64,000 nt of DNA from Candidatus Woesearchaeota archaeon (GCA_016181305.1 JACOZN010000010.1:133242-197241); one strand, 5' to 3'. Shown: positions 37,751 through 47,630, counted from the stretch's first letter. The notes: generated from the sequence alone by a model not told the origin. Program-made: numbers and translations.

Positions 37751-39406
37751 ATGCCGACTATAACCTTTTCACTGAAAGATTTGCAGCGTTTGGCAGGCAA
37801 AAAACTGGAGATTGGGGAAGTCACAGAGCTTGCGCATTACGGAAAGGGCGATGTTGACAGCTATGACAAGGAAACTGATGAAGTGAAAATTGATTTTGGA
37901 GACACTAACCTGCCTTATTTGTGGAGCGCAGAGGGATTTGCACGATTGATAAAGGGAATACTCGGAATGCAAAAGGGTGTTCCTGAAATAAAGCTGCAAA
38001 AAGGCGACTATCGGGTCATTGTTGACAAGTCTGTTGCAGAAATACGGCCTTTCATTGCCTGCTTTGCGGCAAAGGGCAGGAAGATTGACGACTATCTGCT
38101 TAAGCAGCTTGTGCAGCTGCAGGAGAAGTTCTGCGAAACTTACGGAAGAAGAAGGCAGAAGGTTTCAATCGGACTGTATTCCTACAAAAGGCTCGCTTTT
38201 CCTGTGTATTACAAGGCTATTTCTCCTTCAATCGAGTTTGTGCCTTTGGAGTTCAAGGCAAAAATGAGCCTGAAAGAGATACTTGCAGAGCACCCAAAGG
38301 GAAAAGAGTACGCATGGATTCTTGAGGGATTTGACAAATATCCTGTGCTTATTGACAACAAAAACGAGATGATGAGCTTTATACCGATAATCAACTCAAA
38401 TTTTACAGGAAAGCTTGAAATTGGGGACGAGAACCTGTTTTTTGAGGCCACCGGAACGGATGAGGAAGCTGTTAACCTGGCTGCAAACATTTTTGCCTAT
38501 GCCCTGTCTGACAGGGAATTTAACATTTATTCCGCAGAGGTAAAATATCCCGGCAGAAAGGCTGTTGCCCCATGCCTGAAAATCGAGAGCATTCACATAA
38601 AGAATGAGCAGATAAAATGGTTATTTGGATTGGAACTTAAAGAGAATGAAGTAAAGCATCTTCTTGAAAAGGCGCAGTATAATTATAGCGATTATAAAGT
38701 TGAGATTCCGCCTTACAGGCAGGACATAATGCACCCTTTTGATGTTATAGAGGATATCGGGATTATGTATGGGTATGATAATGTAAAAGAGCTTCCATTA
38801 ACTACCTATACAACAGGCTCTGCGTTGAAGGGTAAAGAGTTTATTGACAAAGTAAGGGAAATTATAGTCGGCTTGGGCTACCAGGAAATTATGAGTGCAG
38901 TGCTGACTAATAAGGATTTTCTGTATAAAAAAATGAATATCGGGGATTTTGGGACTATTGAAATTGAGGACTGCATGTCGGAGAACTACTCTGCTGTGAG
39001 GAGCTGGATTCTTCCAAATTTGATGGAGGTTTTCTCAAAGAACAAGCATGTAGAGTTTCCGCAGAAAATCTTTGAGGAAGGCATTGTCAATGTGAGAAAA
39101 AGCGGGGAAATTGCTGATTTTAACAGGATTGCGATTGCGAGCTCCCATGAGAATTCAAACTACACGGAAATGAGGCAGGTGCTTGATTACATAATGAAAT
39201 GCTTTGGGCTCAAGTGCGACATTGAGGAGGCAGAGCACGGCTCTTTCATTGAGGGAAGATGCGGAAGGGCAATTGTCCATGGAAAGAAAATTGCTTATCT
39301 GGGGGAAATAAACCTGCAAGTTCTGGAAAACTGGAATTTGGATATGCCGGTTGCTGCTATGGAACTGAATTTGAGCGAAATGTTTGAGATAATTAAAAAT
39401 AAATAA
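37751..39406 (+). CDS. pheT: phenylalanyl-tRNA synthetase beta subunit (archaeal type)
   Basis: B3/B4 and B5 domains. Archaeal PheT N-terminus MPTITFSLKDLQRL. Confidence 0.9.
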   Translation: MPTITFSLKDLQRLAGKKLEIGEVTELAHYGKGDVDSYDKETDEVKIDFGDTNLPYLWSAEGFARLIKGILGMQKGVPEIKLQKGDYRVIVDKSVAEIRPFIACFAAKGRKIDDYLLKQLVQLQEKFCETYGRRRQKVSIGLYSYKRLAFPVYYKAISPSIEFVPLEFKAKMSLKEILAEHPKGKEYAWILEGFDKYPVLIDNKNEMMSFIPIINSNFTGKLEIGDENLFFEATGTDEEAVNLAANIFAYALSDREFNIYSAEVKYPGRKAVAPCLKIESIHIKNEQIKWLFGLELKENEVKHLLEKAQYNYSDYKVEIPPYRQDIMHPFDVIEDIGIMYGYDNVKELPLTTYTTGSALKGKEFIDKVREIIVGLGYQEIMSAVLTNKDFLYKKMNIGDFGTIEIEDCMSENYSAVRSWILPNLMEVFSKNKHVEFPQKIFEEGIVNVRKSGEIADFNRIAIASSHENSNYTEMRQVLDYIMKCFGLKCDIEEAEHGSFIEGRCGRAIVHGKKIAYLGEINLQVLENWNLDMPVAAMELNLSEMFEIIKNK

Positions 39407-39408
39407 AA

Positions 39409-39903
39409 TCACTCCTTTTTCTTAGTAGTCTTTTTCGGAGCAGTTTTTTTCTCTTTTGGTTTATCTTCTTTATGCCCGTGTTCGTGCTTTTCTTCCTTTG
39501 CTTCAGCCAATCCTGCCTTATCCTCCAAAGTAGTCTCTTTAATCCCTTGGGCTTCTTCCTTTTTCTTTGGCTTGAATATGTCCCTTAATTTTCTCTTTTC
39601 TTCCTTCAGTTTCCTTAATTGCTCCGGGGTTTTTCTTTTTGCCTTTGGCTTCTGTGTTTTTGGCTTTGTCTGCCTGGCTTTTATCCCCAATTCTTCCAAA
39701 GCCTTTGCAACAGCCTCATGAGAAGCATTCTTTTCTATCTTTATAACCTGATTTAAAGGCTCTATATGAAGGATGTTTGCTTTTCTTCTTCTTGTTTCTC
39801 CGTCTACAAGCACAAATTTATCATCCAGAATGTCTATAATGACTCCTTTTTTGCCAGCGTCCCTGCCGGCAACCTTAACCACAACCCTTCCAATCTCAAT
39901 CAT
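39409..39903 (-). CDS. rpl14e: ribosomal protein eL14 with a long Lys/Glu-rich C-terminal tail
   Basis: KOW block MIEIGRVVVKVAGRDAGKKGVIIDI. Start is the ATG at 39903; the track TTG is at 39915. Confidence 0.8.
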   Translation of the reverse strand: MIEIGRVVVKVAGRDAGKKGVIIDILDDKFVLVDGETRRRKANILHIEPLNQVIKIEKNASHEAVAKALEELGIKARQTKPKTQKPKAKRKTPEQLRKLKEEKRKLRDIFKPKKKEEAQGIKETTLEDKAGLAEAKEEKHEHGHKEDKPKEKKTAPKKTTKKKE

Positions 39904-40007
39904 TTTTTCCTCCAATCACATTAAACAAGCAGTGTCGCCATCTGCCCATGTGATTTCTTTGCTGTTTTATATGTTTGATTATGAAATTTTTTAATTTATT
40001 GGATAGT

Positions 40008-40274
40008 TTATTGCCTGTATTTGTCAATTATATTTCTTCGCATGCATCTGCTGCAAAGAACCCCTCCAAACGGCCTTTCCGGCCTTTTTTTTGTCTTTGC
40101 CATGCTCCGCATCTTATAGGGCAGCTCTCTCGGAACCCCCTTAAGCACAGCTCCGCAATTACCGCATCTTGCCTGCTTGTGCTTCTTTCTCTTGTAATGT
40201 ATGCTTGTTCTTCCACCCGGCACTCTCCTGAATACTTTTCTCAGGCTTCTGCTTCTTAATCTTGGCGCTGGCAT
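40008..40274 (-). CDS. rpl34e: ribosomal protein eL34
   Basis: MPAPRLRSRSLRKVFRRVPGGRTSIHYKRKK...CGNCG block. Confidence 0.8.
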   Translation of the reverse strand: MPAPRLRSRSLRKVFRRVPGGRTSIHYKRKKHKQARCGNCGAVLKGVPRELPYKMRSMAKTKKRPERPFGGVLCSRCMRRNIIDKYRQ

Positions 40275-40328
40275 ACTATTCGGAAAAATATGTCGATTTA
40301 TAAAGGTTAGCATAATGTTTAAATAGGA

Positions 40329-40847
40329 ATGGCACAAAACAAATCCCATAATATGCGTAAGATTTTGAGCTCGAAAAAAGGGGTGTCCCCGTTAATAGCA
40401 ACGATTCTTCTGATAGCCTTTGCTGTGGCGCTTGGCTCTGTAGTCATGAACTGGGGATTAAACCTTGACTTGGGGAAGTCTGCCGACAAGTGCAGGAATA
40501 TAGAGATAAAGCTGAGGGAGGTTGATTCGGCTGAGGCATGCTTCGGCGGATTTGGGCAGAACGGCTACATAAATTTTGTAATAGACAATACAGGAGCTGA
40601 CGACATAAGCGGATTGGCCATATGGATTGTGGGCGACAAGGGCACGAGGCTTTTTGAACTGGACAGCATTCTGATAAAAAAAGACTCTTTGTACGACAAA
40701 AAGGACAAGGAAGTGAGCTATGACTTCACAGCTTACGGCAACATAAAGCAGGTGCAGTTCATACCAAAAGCCAAGGCTGAGCAGACAACTGAAATATGCC
40801 CTAAAAACGCCGTGAAGACGGAGAAGATTGCGGCATGCAGTCAGTAA
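40329..40847 (+). CDS. archaeal type IV pilin-like protein with a class III signal peptide
   Basis: KKGVSPLIATILLIAFAVALGSVV (DUF361-like prepilin N-terminus with a PibD site). Confidence 0.7.
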   Translation: MAQNKSHNMRKILSSKKGVSPLIATILLIAFAVALGSVVMNWGLNLDLGKSADKCRNIEIKLREVDSAEACFGGFGQNGYINFVIDNTGADDISGLAIWIVGDKGTRLFELDSILIKKDSLYDKKDKEVSYDFTAYGNIKQVQFIPKAKAEQTTEICPKNAVKTEKIAACSQ

Positions 40848-41590
40848 ACCTTCATAAATTTTCTCAGCAGTGTTGTGAATAGTATAGATGACCAGATATA
40901 AGTTCCAAGCCAGCCCAGCCAGTCCTTGTAGCCGATTGGAATAATAATCAATTTTTTATAGTTTATCGCTATTGACTTTATGCTGCCTTCTGTTTTTTTT
41001 AACGGGTTGATATATTTTTTGCCATTGGTTATCAGCACGCTTGTCTGCTGCTTCTCTCCATTGAGGGCAATTTCAAGCATGTGCTCACCTTCCCCGCCCT
41101 TTAATTTCCATGCCGCCCGGCTATCCTCAATTTTCTGGGATTTGGCGCCTACAGTCTCCAGCCCGTCCTGAACAATAATCTCTGCATTCCCATTTATGTT
41201 TTTTTCAAAAAAAGCCGTTACAGAGAACTCCTGGCCGGGCTTGATGCTTTCATATGCAAAATGGGAGCTGGCCCATGCAAATATGAATATTATGGGGATT
41301 AATGTTATCAATGTAGGCTTCAGGGAGTGTGTAAGGTACTGCATATTGACTTCCATTGCCTTTTTCTGGGCTTCCATTGCCTTCGCAGGCTCATGCTTTA
41401 ATTCCTTTACGCGCTTTTGGTGCTCCTTCATGTCGTCTTTCAGCCTTTTCATCAAGCTTTGATTAGTGGTGTATTTCGTGATTAGAATTACTATTAAAGA
41501 GACTATAAACGCCAGTATTATGACTGCAAACGCCATAGGCAACTTAAGCAATGGCGCAAATATGATGTTCAAAAAATCAAAATATGCCAT
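40841..41590 (-). CDS. DUF106 / EMC3–TMCO1-family membrane protein (archaeal YidC/Oxa1-like insertase)
   Basis: TM–coiled-coil (KRLKDDMKEHQKRVKELK)–TM topology. Conserved position next to secY. Confidence 0.6.
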   Translation of the reverse strand: MAYFDFLNIIFAPLLKLPMAFAVIILAFIVSLIVILITKYTTNQSLMKRLKDDMKEHQKRVKELKHEPAKAMEAQKKAMEVNMQYLTHSLKPTLITLIPIIFIFAWASSHFAYESIKPGQEFSVTAFFEKNINGNAEIIVQDGLETVGAKSQKIEDSRAAWKLKGGEGEHMLEIALNGEKQQTSVLITNGKKYINPLKKTEGSIKSIAINYKKLIIIPIGYKDWLGWLGTYIWSSILFTTLLRKFMKVY

Positions 41591-41595
41591 TTGTG

Positions 41596-42996
41596 TCAGC
41601 CTCCCATGAACTTTCTCATCACGGGGTTCATGTCCATCATGTGCTGCCTTGCAATATCCTCATACAGCCTGTAGATTATCATGACTGCGAGCAGGATGCC
41701 GGTTCCCCTGCTCAACGCTCCTGTCAGATCGGCAAGTGCGGCTAAAAATCCGACTGTTATGCCGCCCATTATCGTGAGAGGCCATATGTACCTGCTGAGC
41801 AGCTTCTCAAGCACCCTTTCATCCTTCCTGAATCCGGGAATCTGCAGTCCGCTTGATATCATCTGCTTCGCCTGGCTTTTTGCATCCATTCCTGCAGTCT
41901 GCACCCAGAATATGCTGAATACAACGCTTCCAAGAATAAAAAACAGCAGGTAGAATGATGCCTGCAAATAAGAGGCAGCGCCTATAAACAAAGTGTGCTG
42001 CTGTATTATGCTTCTTACTATGTCGGGGCCCTGAATCCAGTAAACAAAACCTGATATAGGGTTTCCCTGAGAGCCGAAAGTCCCGAGCAAAGGGTAGCCG
42101 ATGTTCTGCAAGAGGCTGCCCCACAGCTGGAAATTTGCAATGAGCGCAGCAACAAGAATGACGGGGATGTTTGATGTGTAAATGAATGATAAAGGCCATC
42201 TTATGCCATGCCCCCTTATCATGCCGAAAGACAATGGAATCTCCACCTTCATCGCTTGGGCATAGACTGCAATCACAAAAACAAGGATTGTTGCGAGCAC
42301 AGCTGATATCGCGAGCACAGCACCCGTAACATCGCCGCTTACAAGGCTGACAAAAAAAGCGGGAATAGCACCTGGGGGAGTTGTTGCGCCTTTAGGCACA
42401 ATCCAGTTAAACGCCTGCAGGAATATGCTCTTGCTCACGCCCGCAGCTATGAACAGGCTGATTCCAGAGCCAAATCCCCACTTGCTTACAACCTCATCCA
42501 GGAACAGTATCAGCAGGCCGCCGAGGAAAAGCTGGAAAACTAGTATAATCTGTATCTGCAGGTACAATGGTGTCCCGCGGAACTGCTCGGCTGGCGCAAG
42601 GCCGCCGAGGAAAACATAAATTGCGCTTTCAAAAAGTATGAAGAACAGCGACATGAATTTTTGGGTGCCCTGGAAGCTTTTCTTTCCCTCGGGAGTTGAC
42701 AAGTCAAATTTCCAGATCCCTGAGCCGTTAAGCAGCTGCAAGACTATGGAAGCAGTGACTATGGGGCCTATCCCGAGCGATATTATCGAGCCGAATTCCG
42801 CTCCAAAAATGATTGACAAAGTCTCAAATTTCTGCAGGGCGTTTATGCCCATGCCGAACAGCGGCATCAGCCCCAGGACAAAAAAAACAACAAGAGTGAT
42901 GCCTGTCCATTTCATCTTCTCCCGGAAAGAAAGCATCTTCTGTGTGGGACCTTCAACCTCGGGAAGATTTGATATAATAGTTTGCCAGAGAGACAT
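41596..42996 (-). CDS. secY: preprotein translocase subunit SecY
   Basis: 466 aa with 10 TM helices and an archaeal SecY N-terminus. Confidence 0.9.
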   Translation of the reverse strand: MSLWQTIISNLPEVEGPTQKMLSFREKMKWTGITLVVFFVLGLMPLFGMGINALQKFETLSIIFGAEFGSIISLGIGPIVTASIVLQLLNGSGIWKFDLSTPEGKKSFQGTQKFMSLFFILFESAIYVFLGGLAPAEQFRGTPLYLQIQIILVFQLFLGGLLILFLDEVVSKWGFGSGISLFIAAGVSKSIFLQAFNWIVPKGATTPPGAIPAFFVSLVSGDVTGAVLAISAVLATILVFVIAVYAQAMKVEIPLSFGMIRGHGIRWPLSFIYTSNIPVILVAALIANFQLWGSLLQNIGYPLLGTFGSQGNPISGFVYWIQGPDIVRSIIQQHTLFIGAASYLQASFYLLFFILGSVVFSIFWVQTAGMDAKSQAKQMISSGLQIPGFRKDERVLEKLLSRYIWPLTIMGGITVGFLAALADLTGALSRGTGILLAVMIIYRLYEDIARQHMMDMNPVMRKFMGG

Positions 42997-43035
42997 TTTT
43001 GAGCAGAATATTGGAAAATCAAGATGTTTTTAAAG

Positions 43036-43509
43036 TTATTGTAATGGTTCTTTAGGTTTGCCTTCAACCATCCCTGCAACGTCGCCGCCAGCTTCCCTTA
43101 CCTTCTCTATCGCTGATTTTGAAGCATATGGCGTTTTTATCCTTAATTTCATGGAAACTTTCCCGTCTCCGAGCAATTTGTTGAAGCCGAGTTTTTCCAA
43201 TTCGACAGAATAGAATCCATCCTCCTTTTTTATTAAGTTGTTTGAAATAAATTGATTGATGTGCTGTTCTATATAACTTACATTGACAGCATTTATCCTG
43301 GCTTTAGGCGTCTTGCTTACAAACCCGAACTTTCCGAAATACCTTTCATTCTTCCATATGCTTGGCTTTTTTGAGTCAGCCCTCTTGCCGGAGCCAGCCA
43401 TTCCTGCACCGCCTTGGTGGCCCTTTCCCCGATGCTTTTTCTTGGCGCCCCAGCCATGAGTCATGCTGCCGCGCTGCCTTGTATTTTTCTTTCTCCTGTT
43501 GACCGTCAT
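43036..43509 (-). CDS. rpl15: ribosomal protein uL15
   Basis: Sequence similarity and operon position. Confidence 0.85.
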   Translation of the reverse strand: MTVNRRKKNTRQRGSMTHGWGAKKKHRGKGHQGGAGMAGSGKRADSKKPSIWKNERYFGKFGFVSKTPKARINAVNVSYIEQHINQFISNNLIKKEDGFYSVELEKLGFNKLLGDGKVSMKLRIKTPYASKSAIEKVREAGGDVAGMVEGKPKEPLQ

Positions 43510-43510
43510 T

Positions 43511-43963
43511 TTAAACCATCCTCTTTATCAAATCTTTTATTGCCGCTCCCCTGTAGCCGAGAGCCCCTCCATCTTTAAAAGAATGCTTGACGCCTTTTCT
43601 TCCAAATCCTTTTCTAGGCGGATTCAGGCGAAAATACCTCTTTATTTTTTTGTTATTAACCACAATAAAATCATTGTATTTTATCTTATTTTTTGAGTCC
43701 GCCTCAAGTCCGTTGAACTGCTCCGCCCTCTTCTCGACAAGCATCTTGAAAGTCTCGTCGTCAATTTCCCCCCATGTGATGTAGTCCTTTGCCTTTTTCA
43801 GCATACCGGTGTAAATTGGATTATTTGGAAGCACTATGCAGAAATTGTTCTTGTACAGCCTCAGCATTTTCATGGTGTCCTGTATTTTTGAGTTGACCAT
43901 TGTTATCCCCCTTACCCTTATAGCAGCCAGCTGCTTTGGCCTAATCTCTGGTTTTTTTTCCAT
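43511..43963 (-). CDS. rpl30: ribosomal protein uL30
   Basis: Sequence similarity and operon position. Confidence 0.85.
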   Translation of the reverse strand: MEKKPEIRPKQLAAIRVRGITMVNSKIQDTMKMLRLYKNNFCIVLPNNPIYTGMLKKAKDYITWGEIDDETFKMLVEKRAEQFNGLEADSKNKIKYNDFIVVNNKKIKRYFRLNPPRKGFGRKGVKHSFKDGGALGYRGAAIKDLIKRMV

Positions 43964-43964
43964 T

Positions 43965-44834
43965 TTACACCACTGCTTTCGACGAGCCCTCCACTATATT
44001 TGATGCTCCTGTATTTTTCTGGCTGATTTTAAAACTCATGAGTTTTTGCAATGCGTCAAAGCATGCATAAAGAAGGTTAAGCTTGCTTCTGGTTTGCCCC
44101 TCTGTCCTTGACCATATGTCTTTTATGCCGGCAAGCTTCAATACCTTTTGGCATTCCTTCTCGACTATCAGCCCTGTGCCTTTCGGAGCAGGTATAAGTG
44201 TCATAATAACCGAGCCGCATTTTCCGCTCACCTTAAACGGAATTGTGTGGGGGTCGCCGCAGCCGCAGCGCCAATTGCCGCAGCCTCTTCTTATTTTTAT
44301 AATGTTGAGCTTGGCATGCCTTAATGCCTTTTCCCTTGCAGGAACAGTCTCTTTTGACTTGCCGTAGCCGACACCCACATAGCCGTCTTCATTGCCTGTT
44401 ACAGCAAATGTCGCAAACTTCGGCTTGTTGCCTTCCTGCGTCTTTTTCTGGGTTTGCTTGAATATCCTTTTCTGCCCGCCGCCGAACTTTCCTTTTGACT
44501 GCCCCACCATCAGCAGGTCTGTTGACAGGTTCGGCAGCAAAGCATCAACCACTTCTGGCTCCAGTATCTTTATCCTGCTGTCCAGCACATAATCAATGCC
44601 GGTCACCTCCCCGTTTTTAACCTTTAAGCCCAAAGATGTCCTTGGCTTCCATGACTCTTTTTCAAATGCCCCCTTTTTTTTGACTTCTTCGACTATGACC
44701 TCCTCTATCTCCTTCACTTCGCCAAGCTCTGTTGCAAGCCCCTCCTTCGGCTTTTCAACCAAAGCTTCCTCTTCCTGCAATTCCTCTATTTTCGGCTCTT
44801 CGGCCTTTTTTTCTTCTGTTTTCTTCTTAGCCAT
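43965..44834 (-). CDS. rps5: ribosomal protein uS5 with a Lys/Glu-rich N-terminal extension
   Basis: S5 dsRBD and C-terminal domains; about 70 extra N-terminal residues. Confidence 0.85.
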   Translation of the reverse strand: MAKKKTEEKKAEEPKIEELQEEEALVEKPKEGLATELGEVKEIEEVIVEEVKKKGAFEKESWKPRTSLGLKVKNGEVTGIDYVLDSRIKILEPEVVDALLPNLSTDLLMVGQSKGKFGGGQKRIFKQTQKKTQEGNKPKFATFAVTGNEDGYVGVGYGKSKETVPAREKALRHAKLNIIKIRRGCGNWRCGCGDPHTIPFKVSGKCGSVIMTLIPAPKGTGLIVEKECQKVLKLAGIKDIWSRTEGQTRSKLNLLYACFDALQKLMSFKISQKNTGASNIVEGSSKAVV

Positions 44835-45405
44835 GCATCTTACCTTTCACAGAGTTAAAGTTAGTTGTTACGTCTTCAGGATTCAGTCCCTTTTTTATGT
44901 AGGCTGAAAACTGCTTTTTGTATCTTTGCGCGTCATTCTTAAGCGCCTGCGCATATTTTGCTATGTGGTCTCCCGATATCCTTTCTTTCCGTGGAAGCAT
45001 CTCCTTGTCAAACGGTATTTTAAGCCCTGCATCAACCGCCCCTGCAAGCACAGCATACAGGCCTGAACCTTTTGACGAATTACTAAAGCCGATGTCAAGT
45101 ATAGGCTCTTTAATTCCTTTCTCAAGGGCCTTTTTCCCTGCCAAGAATCCTGTCAGGTACGCGCTTGGCAGGTTACCCCCGCCATAGCTCCAGCCAAGCT
45201 TGGCAAGCGTGTTTGAGCTTACCGCCAGCAAGATCCTGTCGCCTTTTGGACTGTACTCCACAACAGCAGCATGAAAATTTTTAAGTGATTTCCTCACTAC
45301 AAATCTGAGTCTATTGGATACCAGCAGCTTGAGCCTTTTCCTGTAGTTTGTTCTTCCCTGCCTTTTCCTTCTGAAAGGCATTGTATATGTTTTGCCAGCA
45401 ATCAT
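44827..45405 (-). CDS. rpl18: ribosomal protein uL18
   Basis: PFRRKRQGRTNYRKRLKL block. Confidence 0.85.
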   Translation of the reverse strand: MIAGKTYTMPFRRKRQGRTNYRKRLKLLVSNRLRFVVRKSLKNFHAAVVEYSPKGDRILLAVSSNTLAKLGWSYGGGNLPSAYLTGFLAGKKALEKGIKEPILDIGFSNSSKGSGLYAVLAGAVDAGLKIPFDKEMLPRKERISGDHIAKYAQALKNDAQRYKKQFSAYIKKGLNPEDVTTNFNSVKGKMHG

Positions 45406-45848
45406 TTTTTTGATATTCCCTTTTCATTCACGTAAAGCTTTAGATGCCTTAGGTTCCTGAAAAATCCTCCTTTGCTTTTCATGTAAAGCTCATGATATAC
45501 GGATGTCGTTATAGCCCCTTTGCCCCTCAGTGATTTGATAAAAACCCTTTGCAGCCTTATCCTGTTTATCCAGTCCCTTTTGGGCTCCAGCCTTGCTGTT
45601 TTTTTCCCTTTTCTTGAACCGTGCCCTTTTTGCCTTCCTTTGCTTTTTTGCATTTTTCTACGCCGGGCCCAGAATTTTGACGTGTTCAAGACCATTTTTT
45701 TGGTGATAGCCCCGTTGTTTATCAGGGTTAGCACGTCTTTTTTTGTTATGGCTTCTTTTATATCGTCGAGCCTGCCTGCATCAAAACTTACCCTGTTTTG
45801 CCCGCATTTTAAAATCTGGGCCGCCAGCCTTCTTTGTACTCTCAGCAT
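45402..45848 (-). CDS. rpl19e: ribosomal protein eL19
   Basis: MLRVQRRLAAQILKCG start. Confidence 0.85.
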   Translation of the reverse strand: MLRVQRRLAAQILKCGQNRVSFDAGRLDDIKEAITKKDVLTLINNGAITKKMVLNTSKFWARRRKMQKSKGRQKGHGSRKGKKTARLEPKRDWINRIRLQRVFIKSLRGKGAITTSVYHELYMKSKGGFFRNLRHLKLYVNEKGISKK

Positions 45849-45849
45849 T

Positions 45850-46434
45850 TTAAACCTTTTTTGTCAGCACTTTGTCTTTTTCCTTTTTTTCGGATTCTTT
45901 TTTGCCCTCTTCCGTTAATTTTTGTCCTGTGCTTTTTTCCTGATTTTCTTTTGATTCTTTTTCCGCTTCGTGCCCCTTGGGCCCCTCCTTCTTCGCTTCC
46001 TTGGATGCTTTCTTTTTTGATTCAATCGTGTCTTCTATTTTTTTGATATGCTCGTCAATATTTAAATTCAAGACAGCGATGTTCAGCTCCTTTGCCTTTT
46101 TCAGGATTACGAGCCTTTTTCTCATGCCGATTTTTCCAGATATTATTATGCCCTCGCTTTCCTTTCTTATTTTTCCGACCCCATCAGGCGAAAATACACT
46201 TATCATTTTTAATCCGGAATTGTGGAGCCCTTTTACGGCTTTTGGCGATTTGTAGCCGGGAGACGGCATCTTCCTTCTGCCCTTGAAGCGGTGCCTTATC
46301 TTTGAGTGTATGCCTTTTGGCTTCCTCCACTTTAGCTTTCTGCCAAGCCTCTTTCTTCTTTGATAGTCTTGTCTAATAAAGTCTGGTTTTTTTTCCTTTA
46401 CGCTCTTCCTGATTTCCAAAAGCTTATCAATCAT
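45850..46434 (-). CDS. rpl32e: ribosomal protein eL32 with a Lys/Glu-rich C-terminal extension
   Basis: RKLKWRKPKGIHSKIRHRFKG block. Confidence 0.8.
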   Translation of the reverse strand: MIDKLLEIRKSVKEKKPDFIRQDYQRRKRLGRKLKWRKPKGIHSKIRHRFKGRRKMPSPGYKSPKAVKGLHNSGLKMISVFSPDGVGKIRKESEGIIISGKIGMRKRLVILKKAKELNIAVLNLNIDEHIKKIEDTIESKKKASKEAKKEGPKGHEAEKESKENQEKSTGQKLTEEGKKESEKKEKDKVLTKKV

Positions 46435-46997
46435 TTCATCTCTTTTCCGTCTTTGTTGATTATATATATTCCGTCTTGGAAAATTCTTGTGTCGTAGCCT
46501 GGCCTTCTTGCCAATTGCTCTATATCGGCGCTTGCCTGCCCTGCAGTTTCCTTGCTCGCGCTGGTTATATAAATCAAATCCCCTTCAATTTTGACATTTG
46601 CTCCCTCCCTTAGCTGCAAAACCCTCGGCACCTTCTCCCCAAGGAGGTTTTTAACAACAAGCTTGCCGCCTGCTACGCTTACATTCATGGGAAAATGCCC
46701 CGAGCATATTTTCAGCACATAAGTGTGGTTTTGCGTGCTGCCTCTTGCCATGTTTTTGATGTGCGCAACCATCGAGCCCATCATTTTCTTGTCTGTTTTT
46801 GTCCCTCCACTTGATTCAAGGATTATTTTTTTGTCTTCTATTTTTACTGAGATATTGTGCTGCTTCAGCACTCTGGCAGACTCCCCTTTTGGGCCAGCCA
46901 CTTTAAGGAAACCAGCATTAATGGTGGCATTTACGCCGCTAGGCAGACCTACTTCCCTTGTTATTTTCTTTTTTCCTATGCCTTTGATTTTTACCAT
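46431..46997 (-). CDS. rpl6: ribosomal protein uL6
   Basis: Two-domain L6. The track start at 47084 overlaps rps8; the ATG at 46997 (MVKIKG) is more likely. Confidence 0.8.
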   Translation of the reverse strand: MVKIKGIGKKKITREVGLPSGVNATINAGFLKVAGPKGESARVLKQHNISVKIEDKKIILESSGGTKTDKKMMGSMVAHIKNMARGSTQNHTYVLKICSGHFPMNVSVAGGKLVVKNLLGEKVPRVLQLREGANVKIEGDLIYITSASKETAGQASADIEQLARRPGYDTRIFQDGIYIINKDGKEMK

Positions 46998-46998
46998 T

Positions 46999-47388
46999 TT
47001 AATAACAATAAGCCAGCAGCCTTCCTCCTGTTTTTTTTGATTTGGCGTCATAATGCGAGATAATGCCTCTTGGGGTTGATACAAACAATATTCCTATGTC
47101 CTTTGCAGGAAGGTATCTCCTTTCAAACTTCTCAAAGCCGTTGCCTTTTACGCTGTATCTGGGCTTGATTACGCCGCATTTGTTTATGCCTCCGATGAGG
47201 TTGAGCCTGAGATAATTGCCCCTGCCGTCTTCAACTTCCTTGAAATCCCCGACATAGCCGTTCTCTTGCATTATCTTCAGTATATCCTTTATCAGCTTTG
47301 AGACTGGCTTTATGAGGCATTCCTGTTTCCCTATAGCCTCGTTATTAAGCATCAATGACATCATATTTGCTAATGGATCGTTAAGCAT
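46999..47388 (-). CDS. rps8: ribosomal protein uS8
   Basis: Similarity and order. Confidence 0.85.
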   Translation of the reverse strand: MLNDPLANMMSLMLNNEAIGKQECLIKPVSKLIKDILKIMQENGYVGDFKEVEDGRGNYLRLNLIGGINKCGVIKPRYSVKGNGFEKFERRYLPAKDIGILFVSTPRGIISHYDAKSKKTGGRLLAYCY

Positions 47389-47399
47389 TTTTAAGCACC

Positions 47400-47630
47400 T
47401 TAATTATATTTTTTAAATCCCAGGTTTGTGGCTATCTCCCTGAAGCAGGTTCTGCAAAGGCTTAATCCGTACTTGCTTATGTGGGCTCCGGGCCTTCCGC
47501 AGCGCCTGCATTTTTTTATTGACCTGCCGTACTTTCTCTGCTTCGGGGCATTATGCCTCATGTATTTCTGCAGCTTTGCAGGCTTTGCCTTCAGCTGCTT
47601 GAGCATCTTCCTATAATCACTATAGGTCAT
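47400..47630 (-). CDS. rps14: ribosomal protein uS14 (zinc-ribbon type)
   Basis: CRRCGR...C..C zinc-ribbon motif. Confidence 0.85.
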   Translation of the reverse strand: MTYSDYRKMLKQLKAKPAKLQKYMRHNAPKQRKYGRSIKKCRRCGRPGAHISKYGLSLCRTCFREIATNLGFKKYN

